A stretch of 64,000 bases of DNA from Callorhinchus milii (GCF_018977255.1 NW_024704742.1:95606001-95670000); one strand, 5' to 3'. Counted from the first letter of the stretch, positions 37,110-49,538 are shown. The notes: a model not told the origin generated them from the letters alone. Numbers and translations: made by a program.

Positions 37110-37225
37110 TGTCTCCTCTCCTCTTCTCTCCATTCCGTTCCAGTCCTCCCATCTTCTCTTCTTCCTTCTCTCTTCTCCTCTCCAGCTCTCTTCTTTCCTG
37201 TCCTCTCCTCCTTTCTCCCCTCTTG
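37110..37225. repeat. CT-rich low-complexity tract
   Basis: Almost pure pyrimidine run of TCTCC/TCTT units. Confidence 0.8.
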
Positions 37226-38729
37226 TTGTTCCGTTGAACCCAACTGCTTTTCCCTGACCTATTCTATAATCTCAGTTAATGAGTATCAACGGGTTATTTG
37301 ATCACAGCTAAACATGTAATCCATGCGCATGGATTTTCCATAGGTTGGGTCACTGAAAAAATCAGATCTGGGAGCCCAGGTCCATTCTCCTCTTCCTAAC
37401 CTTGGAGAGCTCAGACTTACCCTGATTGCTGTCTTGTCTGAAATCAGCTGCAAGAGCCAGTGAAATGATTCCAAAGTGCAAGTATTGAAAATCACCCACA
37501 TTGAGAAACGTGGATACCTTTCCAACAGGGGATGCTGAGAAAACAGACATTTGACATTTTGGCTTCCCCAGCTCAGACTCACCCACTGGAAGAATAGTTA
37601 TGAGGGGACTGCAGAGGGCTTCAATTGATTTTATTCCTGTGTAATGTCAATGGACTCGATTCGCATTTTCAGCCAATATTTAACTTGCTTGAATCACAAG
37701 TTTTTTTCAATCTCACTGAGCCAACTGATCACAATTACCATACTCATGATACTAATTCATCCACGTATTTGAGGACGGGTGACAGTCAAATTTGCCTGAA
37801 GCTGAAGAAACACTTGATGGGAACTGATGACATATCGACGATATTGATGCTTGTGCAGCAGTCAATGAAGACAATAAAGCCATCCGCACCAATATAATCT
37901 AACCTCCTCAGACACTGCAGATTCTACTCAGTGCAGTGGAAGGGAAATTGTTCCAGATCTTTTGAAATTGACAAGCCTAATTGAAGGGGCCCAGAGTGCA
38001 GGACACCATCAAGGGCAAAAAAGAGCATGAGAGAGGCCGAGATAAACAAGAAGTGGTGATTAGATTCTCTGGCACTCAAAACTAATTTGAACATATTAAT
38101 TATATATTTTATGTTTGTTTTATTAAAAAAAATTAAGAGTGATTTATTTTGAAGGTCAGACAAAATACAAAAAAAACCCTCATAAGTGCATCATTTGGAG
38201 AAAGGTTCCTTTTCTACAAAGAGATAGAAATGCAATGTGATGGGTGATGTGGTGATTCTGGCACCTTTAGGAACCTCTGTCAAGTTTTAATTGAACACGG
38301 ATGGAGGTAACTGATATTTGGTAATCCAGCGTGAGGAGGAATTAATTAAATGTACTGGGCCGTAATGACCGCTTGAACATTCATTCAAGAAGCTGTTGCT
38401 GACCTGTGTACTCAAGAAATCAATAAGTGGCAGGAACAACCTGAAAAGGAAGCTCATATTTTATTTCATCTTGTGCTAAAAACTGAGACCCGATAATTGA
38501 ATGTAACAAAATAAGATTAGAAACATCCTAAGCGGGAACTGATGTTTTTTGTTGCAGAGCTGTGGAGATTTTCTTTATTGTGTATGGAAATATTTACCAA
38601 ACAAACCCAGGGAATGGCATCAGTACAGCATTGAAGGAGCTACAGAGAAAGAAAAATAAACAGAAACAAATTATCCGTCCTTTGTATGTGGCAATAAACC
38701 AAAGCCCCAACTGACTGTTCATGTAAACA

Positions 38730-38975
38730 TTAAAGATCCAATCGTACTATTCGCAAAGGGCAAATTTAGGACAGCCACCAGGAGGTATTTCTTTACCCAG
38801 ACGGCAATTAACAACTGGAACAGGTCACCAGGAAGGATGACTGAGGCCAGGACATTGGATTCATTTAAAAAAACAGCTTGATTCTGGGTTGAGAGGATGG
38901 TAGGAGGGTATTCTGGAAGATGAGACCAGATGGGCCAAAGGGCCTTTTTCATCTGAAACTATCTTGTGATCTTGT
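38730..38975 (+). mobile_element. CR1 3' fragment
   Basis: KGKFRTATRRYFFTQTAINNWNRSPGRMTEARTLDSFKK, then GGGCCAAAGGGCCT hairpin. Confidence 0.8.
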
Positions 38976-39219
38976 GTAAAATACACTGTGTGGGCCAATT
39001 GGGGTTCCAGATTGTACCATTCAGTACTCATTAAGCTTTGATATTGGATCCCAAAGAAAAGGCAGTTGCTCTGTCTACAAATCAAAACTCACACACTTAT
39101 TAAATGGAAAAATCATATTGCCCGCTAATATAAGGAAAACTGACTTTCCACTTCCGCCTGCTGGTGACCTAGTGTAGTCATATAAAGATTTTATCATAAC
39201 TCTAGTCTAAAATTATATA

Positions 39220-39560
39220 ATAATCCTTGCATTTGATATAGTATCTTATCACATCATTGAAACATCTCAAAGCGCTTCATAGCATTTTAATGAAAAATTT
39301 AGCAACTGTATATTTTGTAGGCAAGGTTTGTTGGCCAGGACACTGAGTGAAACTCCCTTCTCTTTTTGAATAGTGCCATAAAATACTTAACCTCCACCTG
39401 AACAGACACTGAAGGACAACATCTCTAACAAGAACAAATCCCCCCAGCGCTACATTGAAGTGTCAGCCAAAACTGTGAGTCTCAAACCCAACATAGAGCT
39501 TGAAACCACAACCTTCTGATGCAGAGGTGGGAATGCTACAAAGTGAGCCACACTGACTGA
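39220..39560 (-). mobile_element. Deu-domain SINE, old copy
   Basis: Reverse complement matches the head, Deu block and tail of 53300-53710. Confidence 0.7.
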
Positions 39561-39702
39561 CTAGAAGAGAGTAGATCATAAAATATGTACCCTCTGACAC
39601 ATTACAATAATTCTACTCTCAAGACAACAACTAAAGGATCAAATACTTAAATCTCTTTCTAAAGGCATTATCGTGGCTAATTCCTCTTAAGAAAAGTTAG
39701 GA

Positions 39703-40070
39703 CAACAACAATAACTTGCACTCATGTAGCACCCTCCATGCAGGGTGGCATCTCAGAGCATTTAACAGTGGCGGAGCATGATGCCGAGCTGAGATGGGGA
39801 GGTGGCCATAAGCACGGTCAAAGAGGAAGGTTTTCAGGCAGGGCTTGAAAAAGGATGGAGAGAGGAGGCAAGGCGGAGGGGTTGAGGTAGAGTGTTAGAG
39901 TTTCGGGGCATAGTGACTGAAAGCGCAACCTCTGCTGATGGGGCGGAGGATGCAAGGGACAAGCAGGAGTCTGATTCCAGTCGAGCTGAGGCACCGGGTG
40001 GTGAATTGGGTAGTGAGGAGATCGGAGAGGTAGGGAGGTGCCAGAGAGTGAAGGGATTTGAACATGGCAA
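39703..40070 (-). mobile_element. L2 3' fragment, second subfamily
   Basis: Homologous to 60469-60985 and 62515-62880; (TTG)n-type tail. Confidence 0.8.
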
Positions 40071-42134
40071 GAAGACAGTTGTAGGTTCCTGAACCTATTT
40101 TTTCGACAGTCCATTGGATCTGAAGTGCTATGTTTTGGGCAACTACTCTTCAGCATTTTAAACAGAATGCTTGCTTATGGGAAGAGTTTCACAACGTGTG
40201 ACATTTGTAATTGTTTCAATTCTAATATAGCTGTCAGTCTGTGGGAAAATAATTTGGTGTTATTTATTTGAATGTGATTTGAGGTTAATCGTCAAACATC
40301 CTGCTGCTCTGGGGAGCTAAGCAATTCTACTCATTTGACTTCTGTAGTGGTGTTAATGTTTGTAGATCCAATATGTAAATGTTTCTGGAGACCTGTCTTT
40401 CCCCTGTTCCAAAATGAGGAAATGAGTGAAGAGTTCCACCCTTGTGTTAGAGCTGAAGAGATTTCATCACTGATCGCCATTCATTTGAATTGTGTGCTCA
40501 GATAACATTACTCGGCATGGACTGGCTCCAGAATCTGGGATGACCTGATGTCTAGGGCTTTTTGGTACACGGAGGTGGAAACAATACTTTTTTCACATTT
40601 TTGCTGAAGATTTGATTTGTATGCATTTTGATTTTCCAAATCAAAAGGCCCCAAATTTCACCTAGTCTCAGCTTGTGAGACAGTTTTGTCTTTTACAACT
40701 TATGAATGAATCAGCCATTCTTAAAAGAAACCAGCTTCCAAATTAAGGCTAAGTTTAAGAACTTTTCACAAGTTCTTATACTGTTGTCTGGGCTCCTCCA
40801 GAATTGCAGTGATAATCTTTTTTAGTTTTTTAACAAAACAATTTACTTGCTGTCATTTTAACTAAGATTCTATGCAGAAAATATTTTAAATTCAAGAGGG
40901 AATTGGGTAGCTATTCAACAATGAAAGTGCTTCGGGGGTTAAGAGATGCAGTACTGCATGATATTTTTATTCCAAATTGGTAGAAGCCAGATAACCATGA
41001 TCTTGTATGTTCCTTTGCTCCCATGCAACACGCAGCAGCAGCATCTCATATAAGTAGAGCCATAAAAAATGATCTCATGTTTGCTTGGGGTTTATGGGAC
41101 TGGCCAATCTGATGGCATAAACTGCTTTGTTCTTTCAAGAAATTTTAAATTCCAAATTCTGAAATCTGGACAGCAAGCAAGTCATTGAACATCTGCCATC
41201 AAAGCCTTTCACTTTCTCCCTCCACTTTGTTGACAAATGATGGAATCAGTCATTAAACTCATTGACACATTTTATTGCAGGCCGATACTTGCTGATATGT
41301 TTTCAGGATTCACCAGATGTTGGGATGTCCCAGAACCTGTCAATACATCAATAAACTTTTTTCTGATACAAACATAATTGACAAGACAGAAAGCTGTTTG
41401 TATGGGCTATAAAGTGGATTGTTTTTCTAAATTATTTGCAGACACACCCATTATCAACTCTTGAGAAGAACTGAGAGTCAGTGTTCTTTACAAGAGTTCC
41501 TCCAAGCACTGCAGTAGATGTCTAGTCTATTTAACATTATACAAGACAGAAGCAGTGGTTCCACACAACGTTAGTGAATCCTGCTTATTTGCTTGTGTGC
41601 ACCTGAGACAATTTCCTCCCCGCCGCTTCCAGCTCCCATCCCCCTCCCGCATTGTTCCTGCCACTTCTCGGAAGCCACCCATGCACGCAGCCCCAATCCC
41701 ATCCTTCTTTAATGAATTTTCCTGTCCACGGATGTTTCATGGGTTGTTGAGTTGATGAATTTCACAGGAATAAAACGGCACCTGCTGACAGGCAGTCTGT
41801 GATGTGGTTGGCTCAGACAGTGCCATGCTAGGAGCCGCCTGTATTTGGTGACAGATGCATGCAGGGCACCAGTTTGTTGTGTGTTCAGGCAATAAATTCT
41901 TGGTGTTTCCACTCAGTCTCTTCTCTGCCCGAACATGATCCTCCTTTATCTTGTGAAAAAGCGATTTGAAGGTCCTGGTCTGAGCTGCAAATCTGAGGAA
42001 ACAATTGGCAGTACTGCCCTTTGATCATAAGTTCCTGGGCACAGTATATTGTGACAATTGTAACGCCTAGCTTATTTTGGTTCCAAGTTGCTCCAAGAGT
42101 CTTGTGGAGACCTGTAGCGTATTGGTTACAGCAC

Positions 42135-42356
42135 TCGCCTTGAAAGCAAGAGGACCCGGGCTCGTAGGCAAATTTCCTTACCTCACACACCTCTGTTTAC
42201 CTAACAGTAAGTAGGAACCCGGTTGTTAGTCGATTGGAGGATTACTTTCTGGGGGTGATAGTCCATTGATAAATAAATAAATAATCTGTGAAGCGATTTG
42301 AGACGTCTCAATGACGAAATAAGGTGCTATGTCAAATGCAAGAATTATTATTATTA
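42135..42356 (+). mobile_element. Older long-subfamily SINE, internally deleted
   Basis: GCACTCGCCTTGAAAG head remnant, TGTTTACCTAACAGTAAGTAGGAACCCGG segment and (TTA)n tail. Confidence 0.75.
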
Positions 42357-43058
42357 ATATAAGATTACTGGCTAACTGGCCATCATTATATAAGTAGTTT
42401 TTCATCCAGTGACAATAACAAAAACAACAATTTAGTTATATAACCCTTTTCACATTGGGAGGATGACTCAAAGCATTTCACACAACATTATTATTAACAC
42501 TGTATAGTGAAGATAAAAGTCAACTTTTTTAATCAAAAACATTTATTTTTCTTTACTGCATTGGGTGTTTATGATTTTAGTTTTTAATCAAAATATTGAT
42601 ACACCTGCTAGCTAAACAAAAAATCCTTTCATTTACTTTAATTACCAATCCTTCCAATCAATGCACTCTCCCCTTTAGTTGGGAAGGTGGCTGGGGATTT
42701 GTCACTGACAGAAATGAGAATGACCGAGCTTTTAATTTCATCTCACCAGAAAATGCAGGGTTAAATTCTTCACCCAGAAACCAAACATTCACCTATAAAA
42801 TACATTATAATCATTCGACTTACACTGGAGTACCGTAAATCCTGTAAAGTGCTTTGAGACACTATCCTGCGTGAAGAGCACTACATAAATGTAAGTTCTT
42901 CTTGCTGTTGAGATAGCCTCCTAACGTGAAAGGTGCAGTATTAAATGCAAGCATTATTTTTATTTATTTTAATCAGCTAAGAGCTGTTTAAAATCAACCG
43001 AACCCCTGAGTCAGAACCGAAACCAAAGTTGCTTGGAACACTCAGCAGGTCAGGCAGT

Positions 43059-43364
43059 ATAATAATAATAAGCCTTGCATTTGATATATTTACACATTTA
43101 CACATTTTCTAGATGTCTCAAAGCACTTCACAGAATATTCTGTAAACTGAATTGGCTGCATACTTGTGGGCGAAACGCGCACAGCAGTGTCCCACAAACA
43201 GTCGTGGATTGAAGTGACCAATTTCTTATTGTTTCTTTCTTGAGGGATTATTATCAGGCGTGCGGAGTAAGGAAATCTGCCCAAGTTTTCACCCTGCCGG
43301 AAATCAAACCCAGATCTCTTGCTTGTGAGGCAAGTGCTCTAACCACTGAGCTACAGGACTCCAC
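43059..43364 (-). mobile_element. tRNA-derived SINE, short subfamily
   Basis: Head GTGGAGTCCTGTAGCTCAGTGG, shared body and (TTA)n tail. Confidence 0.9.
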
Positions 43365-43385
43365 ATCTATGGAGAAAGGAAAGTG

Positions 43386-43422
43386 AGTCAACATTTCAGG
43401 TCCATGACCCTTCATCAGAAAT
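43386..43422 (-). ncRNA. Minimal type I hammerhead ribozyme motif, copy 1 (decayed)
   Basis: ATTT-CTGATGA-A-GGGTC-ATG-GACCT-GAAA-TG-TT-GACT: both core boxes and helix II are present. Confidence 0.65.
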
Positions 43423-43642
43423 GGGGCATGTTGGGAGGGAGAGGCTTTTAAGGGCTAAAGAGAGGGGGGAGGCAGGGCAAGGAAGATAAAGGAGAAATGG
43501 GATAGAGGACAGGGGATGATGGGTTAAAGAGGTGCTAATGATGCGAAACAAAGGGGGAGATTGCAACAAAACAGGTAGACTAGAAAGAGAAAAGGTATGT
43601 CTGGGACCCAGATGATGTGGTAAATGATGAACTCTGTCAACT

Positions 43643-44110
43643 ACAACAACAACAATAAGATTGCGTTTATAGAGCGCCTTTCACATCGGGAGGACGTCCC
43701 AAGGCGCTGGACAGTTGGGTCAGGACCCGAGCAGGGGGAAAATGGTCAGAGTGAGGGGAGGGAAGGGAGGGAGCGAGGAGGAGAGGGAAGGGAGGGAGCG
43801 AGGAGGGGGTAGCGAGTTGAGAGTGGAGCTGAAGGAACGGTTGAAGAAAAGGTCTTGAGACCAGCCTTGAAGGAGGAAAGGGAGGAGGCAAGGCGAAGGC
43901 ACTGGGGGATGGAGGTCCAGAGCCTAGGGGCTGAGAGGCTGAAGGCCCGGCCACCGATGGTAGGGCGGTTGGGGCGGGGGATGTGGAGCAGACTGGAGCC
44001 AGAGGAACGGAGTGTATGGGCAGGTAGGTAGGGGGATAGTAGGGTCGGAGAGGTAGGAGGGAGCAAGGCCGTGAATGGCCTTGTAGGCGAGGATGAGGAT
44101 CTTGAATTCG
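43643..44110 (-). mobile_element. Young L2 3' fragment
   Basis: Near-identical to 5498-5945, with a ~25-bp internal duplication near 43758-43805. Confidence 0.92.
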
Positions 44111-44949
44111 AGTGTTAGACTGATGGAGTGCTGTTATTGCCTTCTTTGTCTTTCAGTCCCTGACACCCATTGCAAGACATTACTAGTCTTGTAATATTCC
44201 TTAAATGCGGAGACCATTGATTGAGGAGTAATAAATGGTAAAAGGTGTAAAAGATGTGGAGTGCAGTTGAGCGGGAAATGGCCAGAGTTTCATGAGCATC
44301 ACTGGGGGCAAATCTCAGTGATGGCTTAACAGAGGTGACTCTGCTCCACTCCCAGGCTCCATCCCGGTTTCTTATTTATTCCATAATGTGGCTATCCCAG
44401 CAGAATAGAGGAGAACTCCAGGTTATTTATTTTGGGGGATTATTTACTAATAATAAATACATTTAATAAATAATTTATTGCCTAAACACCCAACAAACTG
44501 GTGCCCTGGATTCATCTGTCACCATTTTTAAAATTTGTTCATTTGTTCTGTGACATTCATATTTGGATGTCATTTTTTAAAAAAATTGAAAGCTTTTCCA
44601 GAATGTGTTTTTCAGAAGATTACCACTTGGGGTCCTCAGAGTCATGTGACTTTGCTATCCTCCCTTACAAGGCTTCTGAAGCTTTTGCAGCTGTAATAAC
44701 TAAACATTGTGAGATGGGAATCTGATCTGAATCTCGTGTTCCACGCAGTTAATGAGTGTCCAGTCAACATTGGTATAATGCATTTCAGATATTGTGATCT
44801 ACTTCATAATATTTCTTGGAAGATTTCTTAATAAGAAATTATTGAACTTGAACATCAAATGTGCTGAAGAATTTCTAAGATAATACTGAATATGTTCTTC
44901 TGCACATTCCAAGTTTGGGAAATGTTATAGTTACACCTTTCTTCTACAG

Positions 44950-45150
44950 CAGTGGTGGCCAACCGTTTTGGTCGGCCAACACAATATATTTTCTTGATTG
45001 AATATTTCTTGCTTTGTGCCATAAATCAAGAAATATTCAATCAAGAAAAACCTGAAAACATGCCACAGATCGAACACATCTTACCCTAGACTAGTGCGAA
45101 TGTTCAGGGTGGGTCCTTCATGATGGCCCCACAGGCCGGGAGTGGGCCTG
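44950..45150. mobile_element. hAT-like non-autonomous fragment containing a perfect inverted repeat
   Basis: Starts CAGTGGTGGCCAACC, a hAT-type terminus also seen at 16854; the second terminus was not found. Confidence 0.4.
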
Positions 45151-45343
45151 TTACTAGCAAAGTGATTAATTGATATTTAAGCATGATATTCCAATGATAT
45201 TATTCTGATAAAATTGAAGAAGTAGTATTTCTTGCAGCATTAATATTTCTCACAAAATTGTGAGATCACCAGTAAGCTTTGGATAATGAAAGCCCTTTGG
45301 CCCAGTTTTTAATTATCCTCTGGGTAAAGAAATATTTCCTGGT

Positions 45344-45480
45344 CAAAACACAAAATACTGCAGATGCTGGAATCTGAAACGAAAACATAGAGAACTGGGA
45401 AAACTCAGCAGGTCAGGCAGCATCTATGGAGAAAGGAAAGTGAGTCAACGTTTTGGGTCCATGACCCTTCGTCAGAACTG
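45344..45480 (-). mobile_element. 137-bp hammerhead-bearing retroposon (Penelope-derived or retrozyme-like) with 12-bp TSD
   Basis: Flanked by an exact direct repeat ATATTTCCTGGT at 45332-45343 and 45481-45492. Confidence 0.8.
45443..45479 (-). ncRNA. Minimal type I hammerhead ribozyme motif, copy 2 (GAAA changed to AAAA)
   Basis: AGTT-CTGACGA-A-GGGTC-ATG-GACCC-AAAA-CG-TT-GACT: 4-bp helix I, perfect 5-bp helix II and palindromic AACGTT in place of helix III. Confidence 0.65.
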
Positions 45481-45894
45481 ATATTTCCTGGTGTCTGTCT
45501 TGAAATTATCCTTTGCAACTCTAAACCTGTGACCCTCTTGCCTTGGTGTTTTAACATGTCTAAAAAAATTGTTCTTTTTTTCCAATCCCATTTGAACTCT
45601 TGTATACCTCCGTAGGGTTCCCTCTGAGAAGCCTTCTTTCAAGAGTTGCCGATACTTGTTTCAAAATACATCTTTATCTTAGAAATCATATTGTCAGTTT
45701 GTGTTTAATGAAATTTGCTCACTGTTTTGCTTTAATGTTGGAAAAAATTAAAATTTTCAATGGGAAAGTATAAATATACAGTTTGATTAAAATTAAATCA
45801 TGCCACACACTGGAATAAACGTTACAATATTTCAATTCCATGTGCTTTTCTTCTTGGAATTTTATTAATATAATTATAATCCTTGCAGTAAGTA

Positions 45895-46145
45895 GGAACC
45901 CAGACACTGGAACAAACTTCTTTCTCTTTTGCAACAGTGCAATGGGATCTTTAACGTCCACTTGGACAGGCAGACAGAACCTCTGTTTAATGTTTCATAC
46001 AAAGGATGGTGCAACAACGCAACACATCCCCAGCACTGCATTGGAGGGTCAGATTGGACCTTCTGGGTTCCAAGTCTCGACGTGGGGTTTGAACCCACAA
46101 CCTTCCGACTCGTAGGTAAGAGTGCTACCAACTGAGCCAGTCTAA
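45895..46145 (-). mobile_element. Deu-domain SINE
   Basis: - strand TGGCTCAGTTGGTAGCAC A box, GGGTTCAAACCCC B box, Deu block GTTAAAGATCCCATTGCAC. Confidence 0.8.
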
Positions 46146-47841
46146 CACAATATTCTTCTGGTGTTGTGAACCTGAGCACTGTTGCCGGGTTTCTCAATAT
46201 GTCCTCTGTCTTGTCCATGAACAAGAGTGCGGAGGTTATAAGAACCATTTTGAATTTCTTTGAATGACAATCCTGTGTTTTTTTTAATAGATAATGCTTT
46301 GCTGGGAAGCTCATGACTGACTGAGTCTGGAGTGGTGATTACTTCTTGCAAATTGTCTCCGACTTTTGGTTACGCTCAACGGAGTTGTCATCCCTCGGCT
46401 AAAATTTGTTTGAAAGATAGCGGTTCAGGAGACAAACTGCAATTAAAACTGCCATCCCTTGAAGTAGTGCTAACATTTCCATATCTTATTACAACACTGC
46501 AGAGTTCTCTTTAATTTTCAAATTTTTACTGTTTAATAAATGCTTATCAGCCTCAATGTGTCCTGATGAATTGAAAACAGTTTGCGTTTCTCTCAGTAGG
46601 CTGCCTCCAATTACCTCTCACATTACTGTCACCGTCCTTTTCATTACCTTAATTACAAATAATTGAACAGATTCTGAAATAATGAGGGACAGGCTCAGGA
46701 TGGTTCAGCGGGAGATTACAACACATCTTTCTCTGTCTCTGAATCAGGTAGACAAGTAGAAAAATGGTTTGCTTAATATTTTGCAACAGCAGATGAAAGC
46801 ACAACTCATTCTCAGTTCATCATTTTTAAGCAAAAATGAAAGCCTAATTTTGTGACCTACGGATACGATTAGCATATCATTTTCTAAACACCCGAAAACT
46901 GTGAAGACTGACCTCATCAGACTTTGTGTCAAAGTTTGCGTCAGATATTCTGTTCTTATTCTCTATAAATAAAGGACTCTTACTGTCTGAATTTAAACCC
47001 AGATTTTGGGCTTCCTCCTTCCAGTGGTCTAGTGGGTAAACGAACCACATAGTGCATTAATAAGCATACAGGTTGCAGCCTGTTGGTACAACTGGGATGT
47101 GACATGAAGAATGGCTCACTTGGATGAGGTTCAGGGAACCAGTTTGTGTATCCCAGCGAGTATCAACACCTTCATGAGAGAAGGAAAGGAAGGGAAGGTG
47201 AGTGGGGGGTGGGAGTGTGGAGAATGGCATGTTTGCTGCAGGCCAGGAAAAGTAAATGACAGCATGTGCCTCAAGAGACATCATTCGGGTTGCCAAATGG
47301 TGCCGCTCATTTGCCTCAGCGCATTGGTTCTGAGACTGGCAGCCTAGAGTGTTCAACGCAAGTCTCTGGTGCCGAGACAGCGTGAGGATCTGACACATAT
47401 TAAAGTTACCCGTCCTGATGCATTGTTAGTTGACTTCCATGGAGTGAAAATGGCAGCCTTCCAGGGAAAGATGGCTTTTTCTGGATCTAGGATTATTTGG
47501 GAGACTCCTCATTTGATGAATGAGCTCCTTTAAAACATGAAAGAAATAATGTGACACCAAATGAAAGAATGTGACACCAAATGAAAATTTGCATAAATTG
47601 TACCACCAGTTATTAAAACATTAAATAATCAGATTGCACTGTTCAGTTTTCATGATCAGACAATGGATTAAAGCATAAAATTTTAATAAATTAAATTAAT
47701 ATAAGATAACAAAACTGAATTACAGACCCTCTTCATCAAAGCTACAGCTTGCATGTTCCTTAGCTGCAGCGTGTATAAATGGTGTGTGATGTTCTGACAT
47801 TTACAACTCAATCCTAAATATAGCCATGCAGAAAAGCTTTA

Positions 47842-48174
47842 GTGGTGTCTTGTAGCTCAGTGGTTAGAGAACTCGCCTTGCAAGCGAGACACTGAGTTCA
47901 ATTCCAGGCAGGACGAAACCTTGGGCAAGTTTCCTTACTCCACACACTTAATAATAATCCCTCCACAAAACAAAACAATAATAAAATTGGTCATTTTCAA
48001 TCCACGACTGTTTGTGGGATACTGCCGTGCGCAATTGGCTGCAGCGTTTCGCCCACAACTATACAGTCAATTCACTTTACAGGATATTCTGTGAAGCGCT
48101 TTGAGACGTCTAGAAGATGTGAAAAGCACTATATCAAAATGCAAGGTTTATTATTATTATTATTATTATTATTA
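47842..48174 (+). mobile_element. tRNA-derived SINE, short subfamily, TAGAA-loop tail
   Basis: A/B boxes, shared body and long (TTA)n tail. Confidence 0.92.
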
Positions 48175-49221
48175 GTGTAAGATGTTTCACTACATGAGGG
48201 AATGGAAGACATTCTGCTCTTACCTCAGCAGTAACCCAATTGCAAAGTATCACACAAATTTTGTCAGTATTTTTGTGTTGCTATTTGCAGTTTCCTTTAG
48301 CCCCTGCCGTGGGTTGAGAATCCTCAGTCTCCAAATCAAGTTAGTTCTCATGTAATTAATTAATTTCAGTCTTGAAGAATGAGTGGGGAGAAGTAAATGG
48401 AGATTCTTTAAAGCTGAGTTGGCTCCACGGTGATTTGCCTTGCAACAGCAACAACAAGATTACATTGTATAGCACCTTTCACGTTGGGAGGACATTATAT
48501 TATCCTTGCAATGGAATATTGGAATGAAGCTGATCCTCTGTGATAGTGGCAGGAGGCCTGAGCCAGTTGGGTTAACTTTCACATGTATGAGATGACACTC
48601 AACTCTACTTCTCCTCCTCCAGCTGGGAACCCCAGTCCTCTGATGTTCTGTCAGTTTGTCTGACAGACATCAAGGCCTGGATGAACACAACCTTCTTGCA
48701 GTTAAACCTCAACAAGACGGAAGCCATACTCTTTGGCTCCCATTGACATCTTCTGTCCCATGCTTCCGACCTCCTCAACCTACCCAATCTGCCCTTAAAA
48801 CTCTCTGAACCCGTGCGCAACTTAGGCATCAGGTTCGATTCCCAGTTATCCTTCCTCCCCCATATCCGGTCCCTGACCAGGACCGCTTTCCTCCACCTCC
48901 GCCACATTGCCCGTCTCCGACAATACCTCACTCCATAAGCTGACAAAATCCTTTTCCATGCCTTCATCATCTCTTGGCTGGACTATTCAAATGCCCTCCT
49001 TGTTGATCTCCCCTCCTCCACTATTCACAAAATTCAGCTCATTCAAAACTCCGCCTCTCTCAATCTCATCCGCACTAAACTTCATACCCTGATTACTCCA
49101 GTCCTTGCCAAACTACACTATCTCCCTGTCACAGAGTGGATCGACTTCAAAATCCTCACTCTAGTGTTTAAATCCCTCCACGCCCTTACACTCCTCTATC
49201 TCTCCAACCTCCTCACAGCAC

Positions 49222-49538
49222 TAATAATAATAATAATCCTTGCATTTGATATTGCGCTTTTCACGTCTTCTAGACGTCTCAAAGTGCTTTACAGAATATA
49301 TTGTAAAGTGAATTAACCATATATTTGTGGGCGAAACGCGGCAGCCAATTGCGCACAGCAGTGTCCCACAAACAGTCGTGGATTTAAAATGACCAATTTA
49401 TTATTGTTTTGTTTAGGAAGGATTACTATTAGGCATGTGGAGTAAGGAAACTTGCCCAAGGTTTTGCCCTGCCTGGAATTGAACCCAGGTGTCTCGCTTG
49501 CAAGGCGATTGCTTTAACCACTGAGCTACAGGACTCCA
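49222..49538 (-). mobile_element. tRNA-derived SINE, short subfamily, TAGAA-loop tail
   Basis: Full head, body and tail on the - strand. Confidence 0.92.

Larger units (their letters stand above)
43015..43640 (-). mobile_element. Penelope-like retroelement terminal region with hammerhead, split by a SINE
   Basis: 43040-43057 plus 43365-43420 align with 45403-45477 once the SINE is removed; a purine-rich (+) extension runs to ~43640. The Penelope assignment rests on the hammerhead type; no ORF is present. Confidence 0.6.
45290..45640 (-). mobile_element. CR1 3' fragment, target of the hammerhead element
   Basis: With the insert and one TSD removed, the - strand reads RGSQV/HRFRVAKDNFKTDTRKYFFTQRII-type CR1 C-terminal sequence. 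Confidence 0.7.
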
